Assembly (NCBI GenBank): GCA_963826715.1
Contig: CAWGYA010000008.1
Coordinates: 640,001 to 704,000 of the forward strand
DNA from: Candidatus Bathyarchaeota archaeon
Lineage (GTDB): Archaea; Thermoproteota; Bathyarchaeia; Bathyarchaeales; Bathycorpusculaceae
Length of the DNA: 64,000 bases
Direction: 5' to 3'
Below the pieces are notes generated by a model that was not told the DNA's origin, made no database searches, and was given only the letters and a program-made list of their open reading frames with translations. Shown piece by piece: positions 20,650 to 30,596 of the stretch; positions within the stretch are counted from its first letter, which is position 1; each line of letters begins with the position of its first letter. The translations under genes and the position numbers were made by a program.

Positions 20650-22113
20650 ATGGCACAGCAGGAAAGTATCGAAAAATTCTTAGCACAAGCCAAAGAAGCA
20701 GCCAAAGTAATCAAAGAAACTGTAGATAAAGACGGTTTTATCAGCTGTTTTTCTCACCTCGACGCTGATGGAGTAGCCGCAGCAGGGATCATAGGCAAAA
20801 TGCTTAGCAGATTAGAGGCTCGGTTTCGTATCCGTGTAATGCAATGGGTAGACGAAAAAATCATAACAGAAGTCACCGGCGATAAACCCCAACTCGTAAT
20901 AATGACGGATTTCGGTAGTGGCTACCTTGACTTACTAAACGAGAAAATCCCCAAAAACAAAATCCTCATCCTTGACCACCATCAAATCACGGGTAACCCA
21001 ACCAACCCTAACTTCACTATGCTCAACCCCCACGTCTACGACATTGACGGGGCAAATCAAGTCAGCGGTTCAGGAGTGGCTTATTTCGCAGCTAAGGCAG
21101 TGAACATCGCAAACATAGACACTGCACCAATAGCAATCGTCGGCGCTCTAGGCGACATGCAAGACAAATATGAACAGCGCAGCCTTCGCGGCCTAAACGA
21201 ATTGATCGTCAACGATGCCGTCGAAGCTGGGCTAATGAAAGTTGAAAAGGACCTCACCTTCTTCGGCAGAGAGACCCGTCCCATCTACAAAATGCTGGCA
21301 ATTACAACTAACCCCTTTATCCCCGGCTTGAGTGGGCAGGAGACGACAGCACTAAATTTCGTAGCAAACCTGGGTATTCCACTCAAAGAAGGAGATAGGT
21401 TGCGTTCGCTTTGCGACTTGACAACTGAAGAACGCAAAACGCTTTGTTCTGCTTTAGCGGATTATCTGCTTTCCAAGGGCTTGCATTTGGAAGTTGAAAA
21501 CCTCATCGGCTACATCTACATCTTAACCAAAGAGTTACCCAACACTTCATTGCGTGATGGAAGAGAGTTTTCGGTATTACTTAATTCGACGGGACGAATG
21601 GATCGCCCCAGCCTTGGCATCGCCATTTGTATGGGGGATCGAAAAGCGGGCCTTGAAGAATCCAACAAAATTCTAGAGGACTACCGAAAAGACATTAACA
21701 AATACCTCGGCTGGGTCAATGATAAACCTGAGCGCATGCAAGAGCTTCAAAATGTGTACGTGATATACGGTGAGAACTTTATCAACGAAAAAATCATTGG
21801 CACCGTCTCCAGCATCGTTGTCTCGAACCTTACCAACAATGAAAAACCTCTGTTAGCCTTCGCTAACATCGAAGCAGAAAACGCAGCCAAATTTTCAGGA
21901 CGCACAACCGAAGCGGCCTTGAGAAAAGGCATCAACTTAGGCGATGTGATGCGGATTGCCTCAGAACAGAACTGCGGCAGAGGCGGTGGACACAATATTG
22001 CGGCGGGTGCGCAGGTACCCCTTGAAAAAGTGGAGGCATTCATTAAAACTGCAGATGAATTGGTGGGACGGCAACTTAAGGGTGAAAAGCTTGGAAGCTA
22101 CAGTCACACTTGA
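20650..22113 (+). CDS. RecJ-like DHH/DHHA1 phosphoesterase
   Basis: SHLDADG, TDFGSG, LDHH, GGGHNIAAG; typical rps15-recJ-pcc1 order. Confidence 0.9.
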   Translation: MAQQESIEKFLAQAKEAAKVIKETVDKDGFISCFSHLDADGVAAAGIIGKMLSRLEARFRIRVMQWVDEKIITEVTGDKPQLVIMTDFGSGYLDLLNEKIPKNKILILDHHQITGNPTNPNFTMLNPHVYDIDGANQVSGSGVAYFAAKAVNIANIDTAPIAIVGALGDMQDKYEQRSLRGLNELIVNDAVEAGLMKVEKDLTFFGRETRPIYKMLAITTNPFIPGLSGQETTALNFVANLGIPLKEGDRLRSLCDLTTEERKTLCSALADYLLSKGLHLEVENLIGYIYILTKELPNTSLRDGREFSVLLNSTGRMDRPSLGIAICMGDRKAGLEESNKILEDYRKDINKYLGWVNDKPERMQELQNVYVIYGENFINEKIIGTVSSIVVSNLTNNEKPLLAFANIEAENAAKFSGRTTEAALRKGINLGDVMRIASEQNCGRGGGHNIAAGAQVPLEKVEAFIKTADELVGRQLKGEKLGSYSHT

Positions 22114-22339
22114 ATACTGCGATTTCAAGACGGCGCAAGCAATTGCCAAGGCGGTTTTTCCCGACAACCTCAAAGCCCCCCCTGGATTACAGATAGAAAC
22201 ATTCTATAAAGAAAACAAAGTTATAACCCAAATTAGTTTCAACGGCAAACTCACCACCTTCGCCTCAACCATCGACGATTTACTCTTTAGTACCTCAACT
22301 GCAGAAAAAGCTCTTAATGCAATATCAAGAAAAGCTTAA
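22082..22339 (+). CDS. pcc1: KEOPS subunit Pcc1
   Basis: A.AIAKAVFPDN and STIDDLL pattern, size about 85 aa, position after the DHH gene; GTG start chosen. Confidence 0.75.
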   Translation: MKSLEATVTLEYCDFKTAQAIAKAVFPDNLKAPPGLQIETFYKENKVITQISFNGKLTTFASTIDDLLFSTSTAEKALNAISRKA

Positions 22340-22447
22340 GGCCATATCCTATTTGTATGATAACCTATTAAAGTCGATACAGGAAAACTAAGAAGAATAA
22401 AAATGGGAATTGATTCAAAAATAAGCAGGCATATTCCTAAACAGAAG

Positions 22448-22777
22448 TTACTTTACGAATGGAATCACAATCCATTTGACATTATCAAATCCAAACTTTT
22501 CGATAAGTGGATCCAGAAAGTTAGGGGCCAACTCGTCTTCGATTTCCGCGAAGACCACTGCATCACCAATACGATAAACGAGACCTATTTCAGTGAGGTC
22601 TTTGAGCGCCGAATATTTACCACGGATTTCCCAGTATCCCGGCTCATCTCTTCCCTCCTGTAAAATCCATGAGTACTTGTCTTCGGGATGCTTGCCTTCA
22701 GTGTAGTTGAAAACACACACTACTTCCCCAACGGCTTTAGCGTCGTTTTCTGTTTTAACGTAAAACCAAATCGTCAT
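22448..22777 (-). CDS. Hypothetical protein
   Basis: 109-aa ORF with protein-like composition and own upstream gap; no motif recognised. Confidence 0.6.
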   Translation of the reverse strand: MTIWFYVKTENDAKAVGEVVCVFNYTEGKHPEDKYSWILQEGRDEPGYWEIRGKYSALKDLTEIGLVYRIGDAVVFAEIEDELAPNFLDPLIEKFGFDNVKWIVIPFVK

Positions 22778-22832
22778 ACTATAACACCAAAGTTAAAGTA
22801 TCGGATTCTAGCTTAAAGCGTTTATTACAAAG

Positions 22833-23447
22833 TTAGTGCCTGGCCTCTATAAGCGTAAGGGTTTCAAAAAAAGGCAGCTTGAGATCGGCTATAATTTTAG
22901 CGTTAAGGTTCTGCATTACAAAACTGTGGATTGTTTCATCAATGCCCGTTAGTGTAGATTGCATCAATAAAACCGTCCCTTTTGGCTTGAGATATGCTGA
23001 CACATTGGAAATGAATCTGTCAATTACTGCACGCCCACCAACACCTCCTGCCCAAGACCGCCCTATCCAAGTTTCCTGCTCACTTGACTCGGAAGGCAAA
23101 TATGGTGCATTAAACAAAATCAAATCAAACATCACCCCATGTTTGAATGCAGAGAGGAGGTCGCCTTGAATAAAACAGATTCTTCCGGAGACATCATTTA
23201 ATTTTGCGTTTGCTTTAGCACAATGAAGGGCAAATGGATTAAGGTCTATTGCGGTAACTGCTGCACCTTTTTTTGCACCCAACACTGCTAGTATACCACA
23301 ACCTGTGCCTACATCCAAGACGGCCTCGGCCGCTGCGGGATTAAAGTTTTCGGCTAACAAAAAGGAGTCCTCGGCTGGCTCATACACTTCACTTTCTACA
23401 TCAAAAATACATTCACCAAAATAGATGCGTCTAACTCGGCAGGGCAT
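22833..23447 (-). CDS. HemK2/PrmC-family protein methyltransferase
   Basis: VYEPAEDSFLL, DVGTGCG, FNAPYLP, WAGG. Confidence 0.9.
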   Translation of the reverse strand: MPCRVRRIYFGECIFDVESEVYEPAEDSFLLAENFNPAAAEAVLDVGTGCGILAVLGAKKGAAVTAIDLNPFALHCAKANAKLNDVSGRICFIQGDLLSAFKHGVMFDLILFNAPYLPSESSEQETWIGRSWAGGVGGRAVIDRFISNVSAYLKPKGTVLLMQSTLTGIDETIHSFVMQNLNAKIIADLKLPFFETLTLIEARH

Positions 23448-24249
23448 CTGCGATTGCTCCGAAATCTTTAGGTGCAAGTTCTCTTACACGGCGCTCCCGC
23501 TGTGTTAGGTTATTGGTAAGTTTTTCTGCGCATTCTTTACTCAGTCGGTAGTTGATTCTGAGGTAGGGCGCAAGCGCCTTTGCAAGTTTTTTATTGCGCT
23601 GTGTAAAGAGCCATTTGGTTAACCGCAAAAAGGAGTCATGATCACTAACTTGGAAGGCCTGAGAGCGGCAAGGCTTAAGGCGCAAAATAGTTGAATCAAC
23701 TTCAGGCGAAGGGTAGAACATAGTTTTGGGCACGGAATCCAACACGTCTACCTTAGCCTGTAGCTTCGTCACTACAGTCAACCATCCATATTCCTCGCTA
23801 CCCACAGATGCTATTATTCGCTTAACAAATTCTTTCTGCAAAATCAACACCGCACAATCCACATTACGCTCAAGCAACCAAACTACAAGATGTGACGACA
23901 AATAATAGGGCGGAATTGCGATGGCTTTGTTGAAAAGCGGTAACTTCGATTTGAGCACATCACCCTCCATTACATTAACATTCGTCATACTGCGAAAGCG
24001 TTCACGCAAAAAAGAGGCTAGCCGCGGATCCTTCTCGATTGCAAATACGTATTTACATCGCTGAGAGAGAAAAGTCGTAAGAAAACCAAAACCAGCGCCA
24101 GCATCTAACACAACATCTGAAAGGCATAGAGCTGCATATTCCGCGAGTTTGGAGTATAAGCTGGTTTCAACCATAAAGTTTTGTCCCAGCAACTTGTTTG
24201 GTTTAACGTTTTGAGTTAATAGCAGATGTTCTATTTGCTCTTGGCTCAT
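23431..24249 (-). CDS. rsmA: 16S rRNA dimethyladenosine transferase RsmA/KsgA
   Basis: LGQNF, GAGFGFLT, IEKD, LQKEF, FYPSPEVDS, FTQRNK. Confidence 0.93.
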   Translation of the reverse strand: MSQEQIEHLLLTQNVKPNKLLGQNFMVETSLYSKLAEYAALCLSDVVLDAGAGFGFLTTFLSQRCKYVFAIEKDPRLASFLRERFRSMTNVNVMEGDVLKSKLPLFNKAIAIPPYYLSSHLVVWLLERNVDCAVLILQKEFVKRIIASVGSEEYGWLTVVTKLQAKVDVLDSVPKTMFYPSPEVDSTILRLKPCRSQAFQVSDHDSFLRLTKWLFTQRNKKLAKALAPYLRINYRLSKECAEKLTNNLTQRERRVRELAPKDFGAIADALPS

Positions 24250-24260
24250 TATCTATTGCC

Positions 24261-24836
24261 TTACTGTGCTCGGGTGAAGAGTTGATATTTGCTGTCACCT
24301 TCAAGCTCCTCCATAACACGCTTAGTTATTAGTTTAATCGGATTAGGTAATTCAGTGCGTTTTTGAAGGTCCTCAAAGCTCTCAAACGGTTTACGTTGAC
24401 GTTCGTTGATGACTTGCCACATGTACTTTTTGCCAATACCTGGCACAAGCTCCAGCGCATGCATGCGGGGGGTTACGGCACGGGCGTTATTGAAGAAGGT
24501 AACAAACCATTTCTCCCGGTTCGCAATAATCTTATTTATTACGCTTGGAAGCTCGGCTTTTGCAGAAGCAGTTAATTCATCATATCCGATACGACCAATG
24601 ATATAGGTGACCTCTTCCCGACTGTCTTTGCCCACGTAAACACGGTCACCGGGTTTAAGCATCAGACCCTCTCTTACGAGAGCTTCGAGAACAGTAAAGA
24701 AGTCTTCGCCGACGCATTGAATAAGAGCGCCTGCACGGTAGCCTGCCCGTCCAGTGGGGCGAACCCCAGGTTTTCCGTGTGGAAGGAAGTCTAACACGTA
24801 AGCGTTTTCTTCATACCGTTTTTCCATAACAGTCAC
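24261..24836 (-). CDS. DUF655 family putative RNA-binding protein
   Basis: AYVLDFLP, RMHALELVPGIGKK HhH; adjacent to rpo4. Confidence 0.88.
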   Translation of the reverse strand: MTVMEKRYEENAYVLDFLPHGKPGVRPTGRAGYRAGALIQCVGEDFFTVLEALVREGLMLKPGDRVYVGKDSREEVTYIIGRIGYDELTASAKAELPSVINKIIANREKWFVTFFNNARAVTPRMHALELVPGIGKKYMWQVINERQRKPFESFEDLQKRTELPNPIKLITKRVMEELEGDSKYQLFTRAQ

Positions 24837-24889
24837 TGTGCCTCTAGTGTATTCTCGCTAACTACTTAAAAACACTTTAGCCAAATAAG

Positions 24890-25228
24890 TTATTTGAGCA
24901 GACGGCTCTCGTTCAAAAGTTCAACTATTTGATTGAGTTTCTGGGTTTCGATAATTTTGCGCCCACCTGCTAAGAAAACACGAAGTTCATCCACTGTTTC
25001 AGGCATACAATTTATAATTTGAACAGCTTCTGCTTCATCAAGTTCGTATTCTTTAACAAGAGTTTGCAAGAGCTCTTCAGCTTTTTCGGGTTCAACTTTG
25101 CTAAATTTACTTACGTAGTCAAGTGTACGACGCTGGAACTGATCAAGGTTTTCCCCACCTATATCTTCCAGAAGTTTTTTTACTTGAGGCAGACTTAGCC
25201 GATTTTCGCTTACTTCCCTTTTGCTCAT
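24890..25228 (-). CDS. rpo4: RNA polymerase subunit Rpo4 (F)
   Basis: QRRTLDYVSKFSK, QIINCMPETVDELR; rpl21e-rpo4-DUF655-rsmA order. Confidence 0.92.
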   Translation of the reverse strand: MSKREVSENRLSLPQVKKLLEDIGGENLDQFQRRTLDYVSKFSKVEPEKAEELLQTLVKEYELDEAEAVQIINCMPETVDELRVFLAGGRKIIETQKLNQIVELLNESRLLK

Positions 25229-25235
25229 TTTACTC

Positions 25236-25532
25236 TCACGTACCTGTATAGGGCTCAAGATGTTCCGTGCGAACAATAATTTGTTTCACAGCTTCACCCT
25301 GTGGAACACTAACCACATAACCTCTGCCCCGTTTCTCAACTATAAAACCGATTTTTCCGTGGAAACGTTTGTGAGGCATACTTTTCTGTACGCTAGAATC
25401 CATCTTAATGATAACTTGGTTACCTGCCTCATATTGATGCAGTATCTTGCTTATTTGGGGTTTACCTTTAGCACGGGTTGGTTTTCGTAACAAACTACGA
25501 GTGCCAGAGTAGTAGCCTTTTGAACCTTTCAT
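25236..25532 (-). CDS. rpl21e: 50S ribosomal protein L21e
   Basis: GTRSLL, MPHKRFHGKIG, IVRTEHL. Confidence 0.96.
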   Translation of the reverse strand: MKGSKGYYSGTRSLLRKPTRAKGKPQISKILHQYEAGNQVIIKMDSSVQKSMPHKRFHGKIGFIVEKRGRGYVVSVPQGEAVKQIIVRTEHLEPYTGT

Positions 25533-25545
25533 CCTGTTTCACCAA

Positions 25546-26880
25546 TTAATCCATTATTACATTGAGAACATCGAGCTTAAGCGTCTTCGCTGAGTTATCA
25601 AGCAAAGCCGACACGTTAGGTACTGTACGTCCTTCATCTCCAGACACCAATTCTTTCACATAAAGCCCACCCTGACATTTGATATAGAGGAGAGCTTTCT
25701 TAAGCGTCACCTTCTTAACTTCAAGCTTATATATGTACCTTTCTCGGACAATATCGGCGCGGCGATGCACAACACGTAATGGAGTTTGCTGCTTAATCAT
25801 TGTACCGGAGAGCTTTTCTTCTAAAATACTCAAGTCTTCGTCGGTTAAATCTTTCACGAATTCAGCGAGCAACTGATACTCCTTCTGGGCACTTTCGCCT
25901 TTCTTGAGGTGACGTACATCATCTTTGGATGCAAAATACAAATCTGAAACTTCAACTTTATCGATGCCTCCTGCATTTATAGTTTCTTTTATCAGTTTTA
26001 AGTTAACAGATCGTTTCTTGGGTTTAGAGACTTCTACTATAAAAGGCCGTCCAGTTCCCAGCATTCGAGCATCGATGTCTTCTCTTCCTGAGGCATGAAA
26101 AAACGATTCCGTGCCACCAGTAGCATCAATAAGCGGTTTTGAAGTGTGCGCTTCAACGGAGTCAGGGTACAATTTGCCTGTACCACTACATCGCTCACAG
26201 CCTCGACCTCTACAAATAGAGCAGAACCACTCAGACTGAGGGATATCTCTGACCAATTTGCGGTATCGTCCACCAACGAATAATGGGTTAACTTGAAGGT
26301 GAACTTTCGATAGGAAAGGGTTGAACACAACAACTAGGTCAGGTTTTAGGTACTCGGCATCTTTGCCTGTTGCCTTAGCCAAAGCTTTGCCCAGCAATCT
26401 GCCGAATTCATGGCGGATACTCTCGGCATAGGCAATGTTGAAAGAGGCTTTAAATTCATCTTCTCGTTCCTCCACCGTAGTGGGCAACTCGATACCGACG
26501 AGAAAAGTGTTAAATTCTAATCCTTCTAGGTTACTTTGAGCAGTTTGTATCAAATCATTAATGAGTTTAAACTTGTTCTCACATAAAAAGCATTTAACTT
26601 CTGGATCCTGTTTAGGTATGCGTTTCTTTAGGTGCCTCAGAGTTTCCTGCGCAGTTGCTGAGAAACCTGAGGTTGCTAAAACTCTTAGCTGTTTTATACC
26701 TTGTGATTCTTTTTCTGTCGCTATCAAATCGTTAGCCTGTAGTGTTAAGCTAACTTTCAAGGCTGCACCGCGGACGTTGTTTTCCATACAATAACCCAAT
26801 TGCGCAAATTGCCTGCCGAGACAATTGTCGCAAAGGGGATATTTGTTAAGCAATTCATAGGCTTTCTCTAAAACATCCAT
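25546..26880 (-). CDS. pus10: tRNA pseudouridine(54/55) synthase Pus10
   Basis: CDNCLGR, GRYRKL, SGREDIDARMLG.GRPF, QQTPLRV, GGLYVKELVSGD.GRT. Confidence 0.95.
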   Translation of the reverse strand: MDVLEKAYELLNKYPLCDNCLGRQFAQLGYCMENNVRGAALKVSLTLQANDLIATEKESQGIKQLRVLATSGFSATAQETLRHLKKRIPKQDPEVKCFLCENKFKLINDLIQTAQSNLEGLEFNTFLVGIELPTTVEEREDEFKASFNIAYAESIRHEFGRLLGKALAKATGKDAEYLKPDLVVVFNPFLSKVHLQVNPLFVGGRYRKLVRDIPQSEWFCSICRGRGCERCSGTGKLYPDSVEAHTSKPLIDATGGTESFFHASGREDIDARMLGTGRPFIVEVSKPKKRSVNLKLIKETINAGGIDKVEVSDLYFASKDDVRHLKKGESAQKEYQLLAEFVKDLTDEDLSILEEKLSGTMIKQQTPLRVVHRRADIVRERYIYKLEVKKVTLKKALLYIKCQGGLYVKELVSGDEGRTVPNVSALLDNSAKTLKLDVLNVIMD

Positions 26881-26890
26881 CTGTTTTGAC

Positions 26891-28234
26891 CTACTTAAAA
26901 CCCATCTGTGGCATACCTTTACCACCCAACCCAAACGGTAGTTTCTTTTTGCGTTTAAACATCTTAAGCATCTTTTTCATCATAAGATACTGTTTGAGAA
27001 GCTCTTTGACTTCTTTCTCGCTTGTTCCGCTACCCCGAGCGATGCGTCGTGCACGCGAAGAATTCAGGAGTTTAGGGTTCTCTTTCTCTTGGGGCGTCAT
27101 AGATTGGATGATTACTCGCCAAGTATCAAGCCGACCCTCCGCCGAGTTAAGCATCTCGTCAGGAACATTAGCTGACATTCCAGGCAACATCTTCATAACT
27201 TTGCTGAATGGACCCATGTTTTTGACTGCTGAAAACTGCTCATACATGTCAGTTAAGGTAAAGTTTCCGCTGAGAATTTCCTTAGCTTTTTTCTGGGGCA
27301 CTCTAATTTCGGCGTCATGAACCTTCTCAAGCAGCGTCTCTAAGTCTCCCATACCCAGGAGTCGCCCGACAAACCGACTGGGAATGAAGGGTTCGATGTC
27401 TTCGATTTTTTCGCCTGTACCGATAAATTTGATTGGTGCACCTGTGGCCGCAACTGCTGAAAGGGCACCACCTCCGCGTGAGGATCCATCAAGTTTGGTG
27501 ACGATGATAGCGCCAATGGGTGTGGCTTCATGGAAAGTTTTAGCTTGGATAAGCGCCTGTTGCCCAATAGTACCGTCAATAACCATAATGACCTCGTCGG
27601 GGTGAATATGCTTCTCAAGGTCTTTCATTTCTTTTATTAGATCCTTCTCTTCTTTGTGGCGCCCGGCGGTGTCGACAATGATTAGATCACGGTCGCTGAA
27701 ATGTTTTAGACCCTCCTTGACGATTTTAATAGGGTCTTTAGCTTTAGCCTCGCCATAAATTGGAGCGTTAATTCTTGTTGCGAGTTGTTGAAGTTGCGCG
27801 TAGGCGCCTGGGCGGTAAGTGTCACCAGCGATTAAGCCGATTTTTAAGCCCCGTTTCTGGAAGTAGCGCGCGAGCTTGGCGGCGTGAGTAGTTTTACCTG
27901 AGCCCTGAATCCCCACAAGCATTATGATTTTCTTCTTGCCTGGCTCTACTTTTAGAGCTACAGGTTTGTCTCCGATGAAACGTGTGAGTTCTTCGTAAAC
28001 AACTTTAATAACATGTTCACGTCTCGAAACCCCCGGTGGAACTTTCTCTTTGAGGGCGCGTTCCTCAATATTTTTGCTGATTTGCAAAACTAGTTGTACA
28101 TTTACGTCTGATTGGAGTAGCGCTCGCTGGATGTCGCGAACTAGTTCCTTCACTGTTGCTTCGTCTACGACACCTGCTTTGAAGAGTTTTTTTATGGCGT
28201 CAGTTAGCGAGGAACTTAACTTATCTAGTGCCAT
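26891..28234 (-). CDS. srp54: Signal recognition particle protein SRP54
   Basis: GIQGSGKTT, DTAGRH, TKLD, Met-rich M domain with SRARRIARGSG. Confidence 0.97.
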   Translation of the reverse strand: MALDKLSSSLTDAIKKLFKAGVVDEATVKELVRDIQRALLQSDVNVQLVLQISKNIEERALKEKVPPGVSRREHVIKVVYEELTRFIGDKPVALKVEPGKKKIIMLVGIQGSGKTTHAAKLARYFQKRGLKIGLIAGDTYRPGAYAQLQQLATRINAPIYGEAKAKDPIKIVKEGLKHFSDRDLIIVDTAGRHKEEKDLIKEMKDLEKHIHPDEVIMVIDGTIGQQALIQAKTFHEATPIGAIIVTKLDGSSRGGGALSAVAATGAPIKFIGTGEKIEDIEPFIPSRFVGRLLGMGDLETLLEKVHDAEIRVPQKKAKEILSGNFTLTDMYEQFSAVKNMGPFSKVMKMLPGMSANVPDEMLNSAEGRLDTWRVIIQSMTPQEKENPKLLNSSRARRIARGSGTSEKEVKELLKQYLMMKKMLKMFKRKKKLPFGLGGKGMPQMGFK

Positions 28235-28737
28235 GTAAGTCTCCGCCTATCATTCTCTTGTTCTTTTAAATAAAGATTACATAAAAAAAACACGATAAGC
28301 CTGGAGTTTGTTGAGTTCTTGAAGCCTCAGTTTTTAGTTTCCCCATTAAGTATTCTTCACAATTCAGACGGCTCTTCATGCATCATTGGCTTCACAAGGA
28401 AACTGCCAAGCTAGAACATAAACTTTAACGGAAAATCTTAAAACAAAACCAAAACAATCTCATCTTAATGTGAACGACATGTCTGTTGAACGGGTAATCC
28501 TCACAGCAATATTTGTACTTTTACTAGTGGGGCTATCAACATTGAGCCTGTGGGCTATTTGGACTTATGTAACACTTAATAACTTCATCTTGATGATCGC
28601 CAGTATTCCTCTTAGCTGGGGATAATTCTCTTAGCGCTTTATCTTATTTTTCGCAAAGTCAAGTGGGAATGGTGGAGCTAAAAAATAAAGGGTAAACAGA
28701 CAAATATCAAAAAAGGAAACATAGAAAAACGCGCAGC

Positions 28738-29130
28738 TTACTTTGCTCGCACAATTTTTACTTTACCGAGAATCTTCCAATACTCTATTTCAGTACCCGG
28801 AATAAGTTTTGCTTTTAGCTCTTCCTCTTCGGGGAAAGGGCCATCAAGATATTCATATGTTTCTAAGTCCATGATCTGGACGCCGGTTGGGTTAACTGCG
28901 AAGACTTGACCGGGGCGTTTATCAATAATTGGAATTTCTGCGCTTGCATCAACGGGTTTAACAAATTGTCTTTTTTGGTTATCAAATACGCCTATAGCTA
29001 CGATACGGGCTTTAGCCGCCCCGTGTTTGCCAGGTTTAGATTTGGCGATGTCGACAATGCGGCAAGGTTCGCCTTCAATCATCATATAACCACCAACACG
29101 TAATTCTCCAACATCTACTGGTTTGCTCAT
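28738..29130 (-). CDS. eif5a: Translation initiation/elongation factor aIF5A
   Basis: KSKPGKHGAAK hypusine motif. Confidence 0.97.
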   Translation of the reverse strand: MSKPVDVGELRVGGYMMIEGEPCRIVDIAKSKPGKHGAAKARIVAIGVFDNQKRQFVKPVDASAEIPIIDKRPGQVFAVNPTGVQIMDLETYEYLDGPFPEEEELKAKLIPGTEIEYWKILGKVKIVRAK

Positions 29131-29223
29131 ACACTCACCACAGTAAGGGTTCTATTCAATGCAATTCCCTACAACACCAATATATAGATTAAGGTTTACG
29201 ATAGATAACACAAAGGTGGAATC

Positions 29224-30063
29224 TTGTTTAAAACAGTGGGATTAGTTGCCCGCTATGACAAAAAAGCTGCCCTAAACCTAGCCGAAGAGCTAGCTGAGTA
29301 CCTCTCCAAACAAGGATTGGAGGTTTATATAGAGGAATCGCTTAAAGGAAAAATCAACTTTCAAAAAAAGTTTGTACCCCTTGAAGCAATGAAAACTGAT
29401 TTTATAATTACTTTAGGCGGCGACGGCACCATCTTGCGGACAGCCATAACCGCACCCAAACCCGAACCTCCCCTCTTAGCAATAAACATGGGGGTTCGCG
29501 GTTTTTTGACCGAGGTAGAGCCAAAAGGAGCCTGTGAAGCAGTAGAGCGAATCTTGAACGGTGATTTTCATGTTGAAAAATCCACCAAAATGTCGGTCTG
29601 TGCTGGGAAAGAGCAGCTGCCCGATGCCTTAAATGATGTAGTTATATCTACAGGGGAGCCCTCGAAAATTTTATATGCGGAAATCTGTAAAGACGGCAAA
29701 TCGATTTTGAGGTGTCAAGCCGACGGGTTAATCATCGGCACCCAAACAGGATCCACGGGGTATTCCCTGTCGGCTGGGGGACCTGTTTTAGATCCACAGG
29801 TAGATGCTTTTGTGTTAACTCCAATTTGCTCGCTAACTGTATTTCATTCTCTGGTGTTCCCCGCTAATTCCATGTTGACGTTTAATGTTCTACGCCCCGA
29901 GAGAATGTTGGTTATGATTGACGGTAGCTTTCGAAAAACTGTGAGTACTGAAGAGCTAATAGTTAAAGTTACACGCTCAGAAAACGTGACCTCGTTTATT
30001 CGGTTTGAAGCTAACTTTTATGATAGACTCCGCAATAGACTTCTCTTTAAGGGAACCGAATGA
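29224..30063 (+). CDS. nadK: NAD kinase
   Basis: LGGDGTIL, GFL, ALND, ADG, TGSTGYSLSAGG. Confidence 0.95.
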   Translation: MFKTVGLVARYDKKAALNLAEELAEYLSKQGLEVYIEESLKGKINFQKKFVPLEAMKTDFIITLGGDGTILRTAITAPKPEPPLLAINMGVRGFLTEVEPKGACEAVERILNGDFHVEKSTKMSVCAGKEQLPDALNDVVISTGEPSKILYAEICKDGKSILRCQADGLIIGTQTGSTGYSLSAGGPVLDPQVDAFVLTPICSLTVFHSLVFPANSMLTFNVLRPERMLVMIDGSFRKTVSTEELIVKVTRSENVTSFIRFEANFYDRLRNRLLFKGTE

Positions 30064-30596
30064 CGAGTCAAAGCCCTAACCATCGCCGCGTAGTTGTATT
30101 GGATACCTCTGCCTTCGTCGCAGGTTTTGACCCCTTCAGCTCTAGTGACGAACAGGTTACAGCACCAGCGGTGGAAACGGAAATCAGACGTAACTCGATG
30201 ATAAAGATGCGCTTTGAAATCGCTCTTGAAAGCGGAAAAGTCAAAATTAAGACACCCAACCCCCAATCTATGGATAAAGCTCAAAGTTCGGCTATCAAAG
30301 TCGGTGACGCCCACAACCTATCAGAGGCGGATATTCAGCTGTTGGCATTGGCAGTTCAGCTTAAATCAGAAGGTTACAAGCCGCAAATCATAACTGATGA
30401 TTACTCAATCCAAAACGTCGCCAAGCAACTTGGAATAGAGTTTGTCGCACTTACCACCTTTGGTATAAAACGCCTACTAGAGTGGATACGTTATTGTCCT
30501 GCTTGCCACAAACACTACTCCACAGATAGCAAATTTATGAATTGCCAAATCTGCGGCACAGAACTCAAACGTAAACCGCAGCGGCAGCCCAAATAG
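30060..30596 (+). CDS. nob1: Nob1 PIN-domain rRNA endonuclease
   Basis: VLDTSAF, LSEAD, TDDYSIQN, C-terminal CxxC...CxxC zinc ribbon. Confidence 0.92.
   Translation: MTSQSPNHRRVVVLDTSAFVAGFDPFSSSDEQVTAPAVETEIRRNSMIKMRFEIALESGKVKIKTPNPQSMDKAQSSAIKVGDAHNLSEADIQLLALAVQLKSEGYKPQIITDDYSIQNVAKQLGIEFVALTTFGIKRLLEWIRYCPACHKHYSTDSKFMNCQICGTELKRKPQRQPK

Noticed and set aside
22403-22663. 86-aa plus-strand ORF and the many other antisense ORFs nested in core genes
   Set aside because: Shadow frames of better-supported genes on the opposite strand
28235-28478. SRP RNA near srp54
   Set aside because: AT-rich, lacks the GC-rich helices and helix-8 motif
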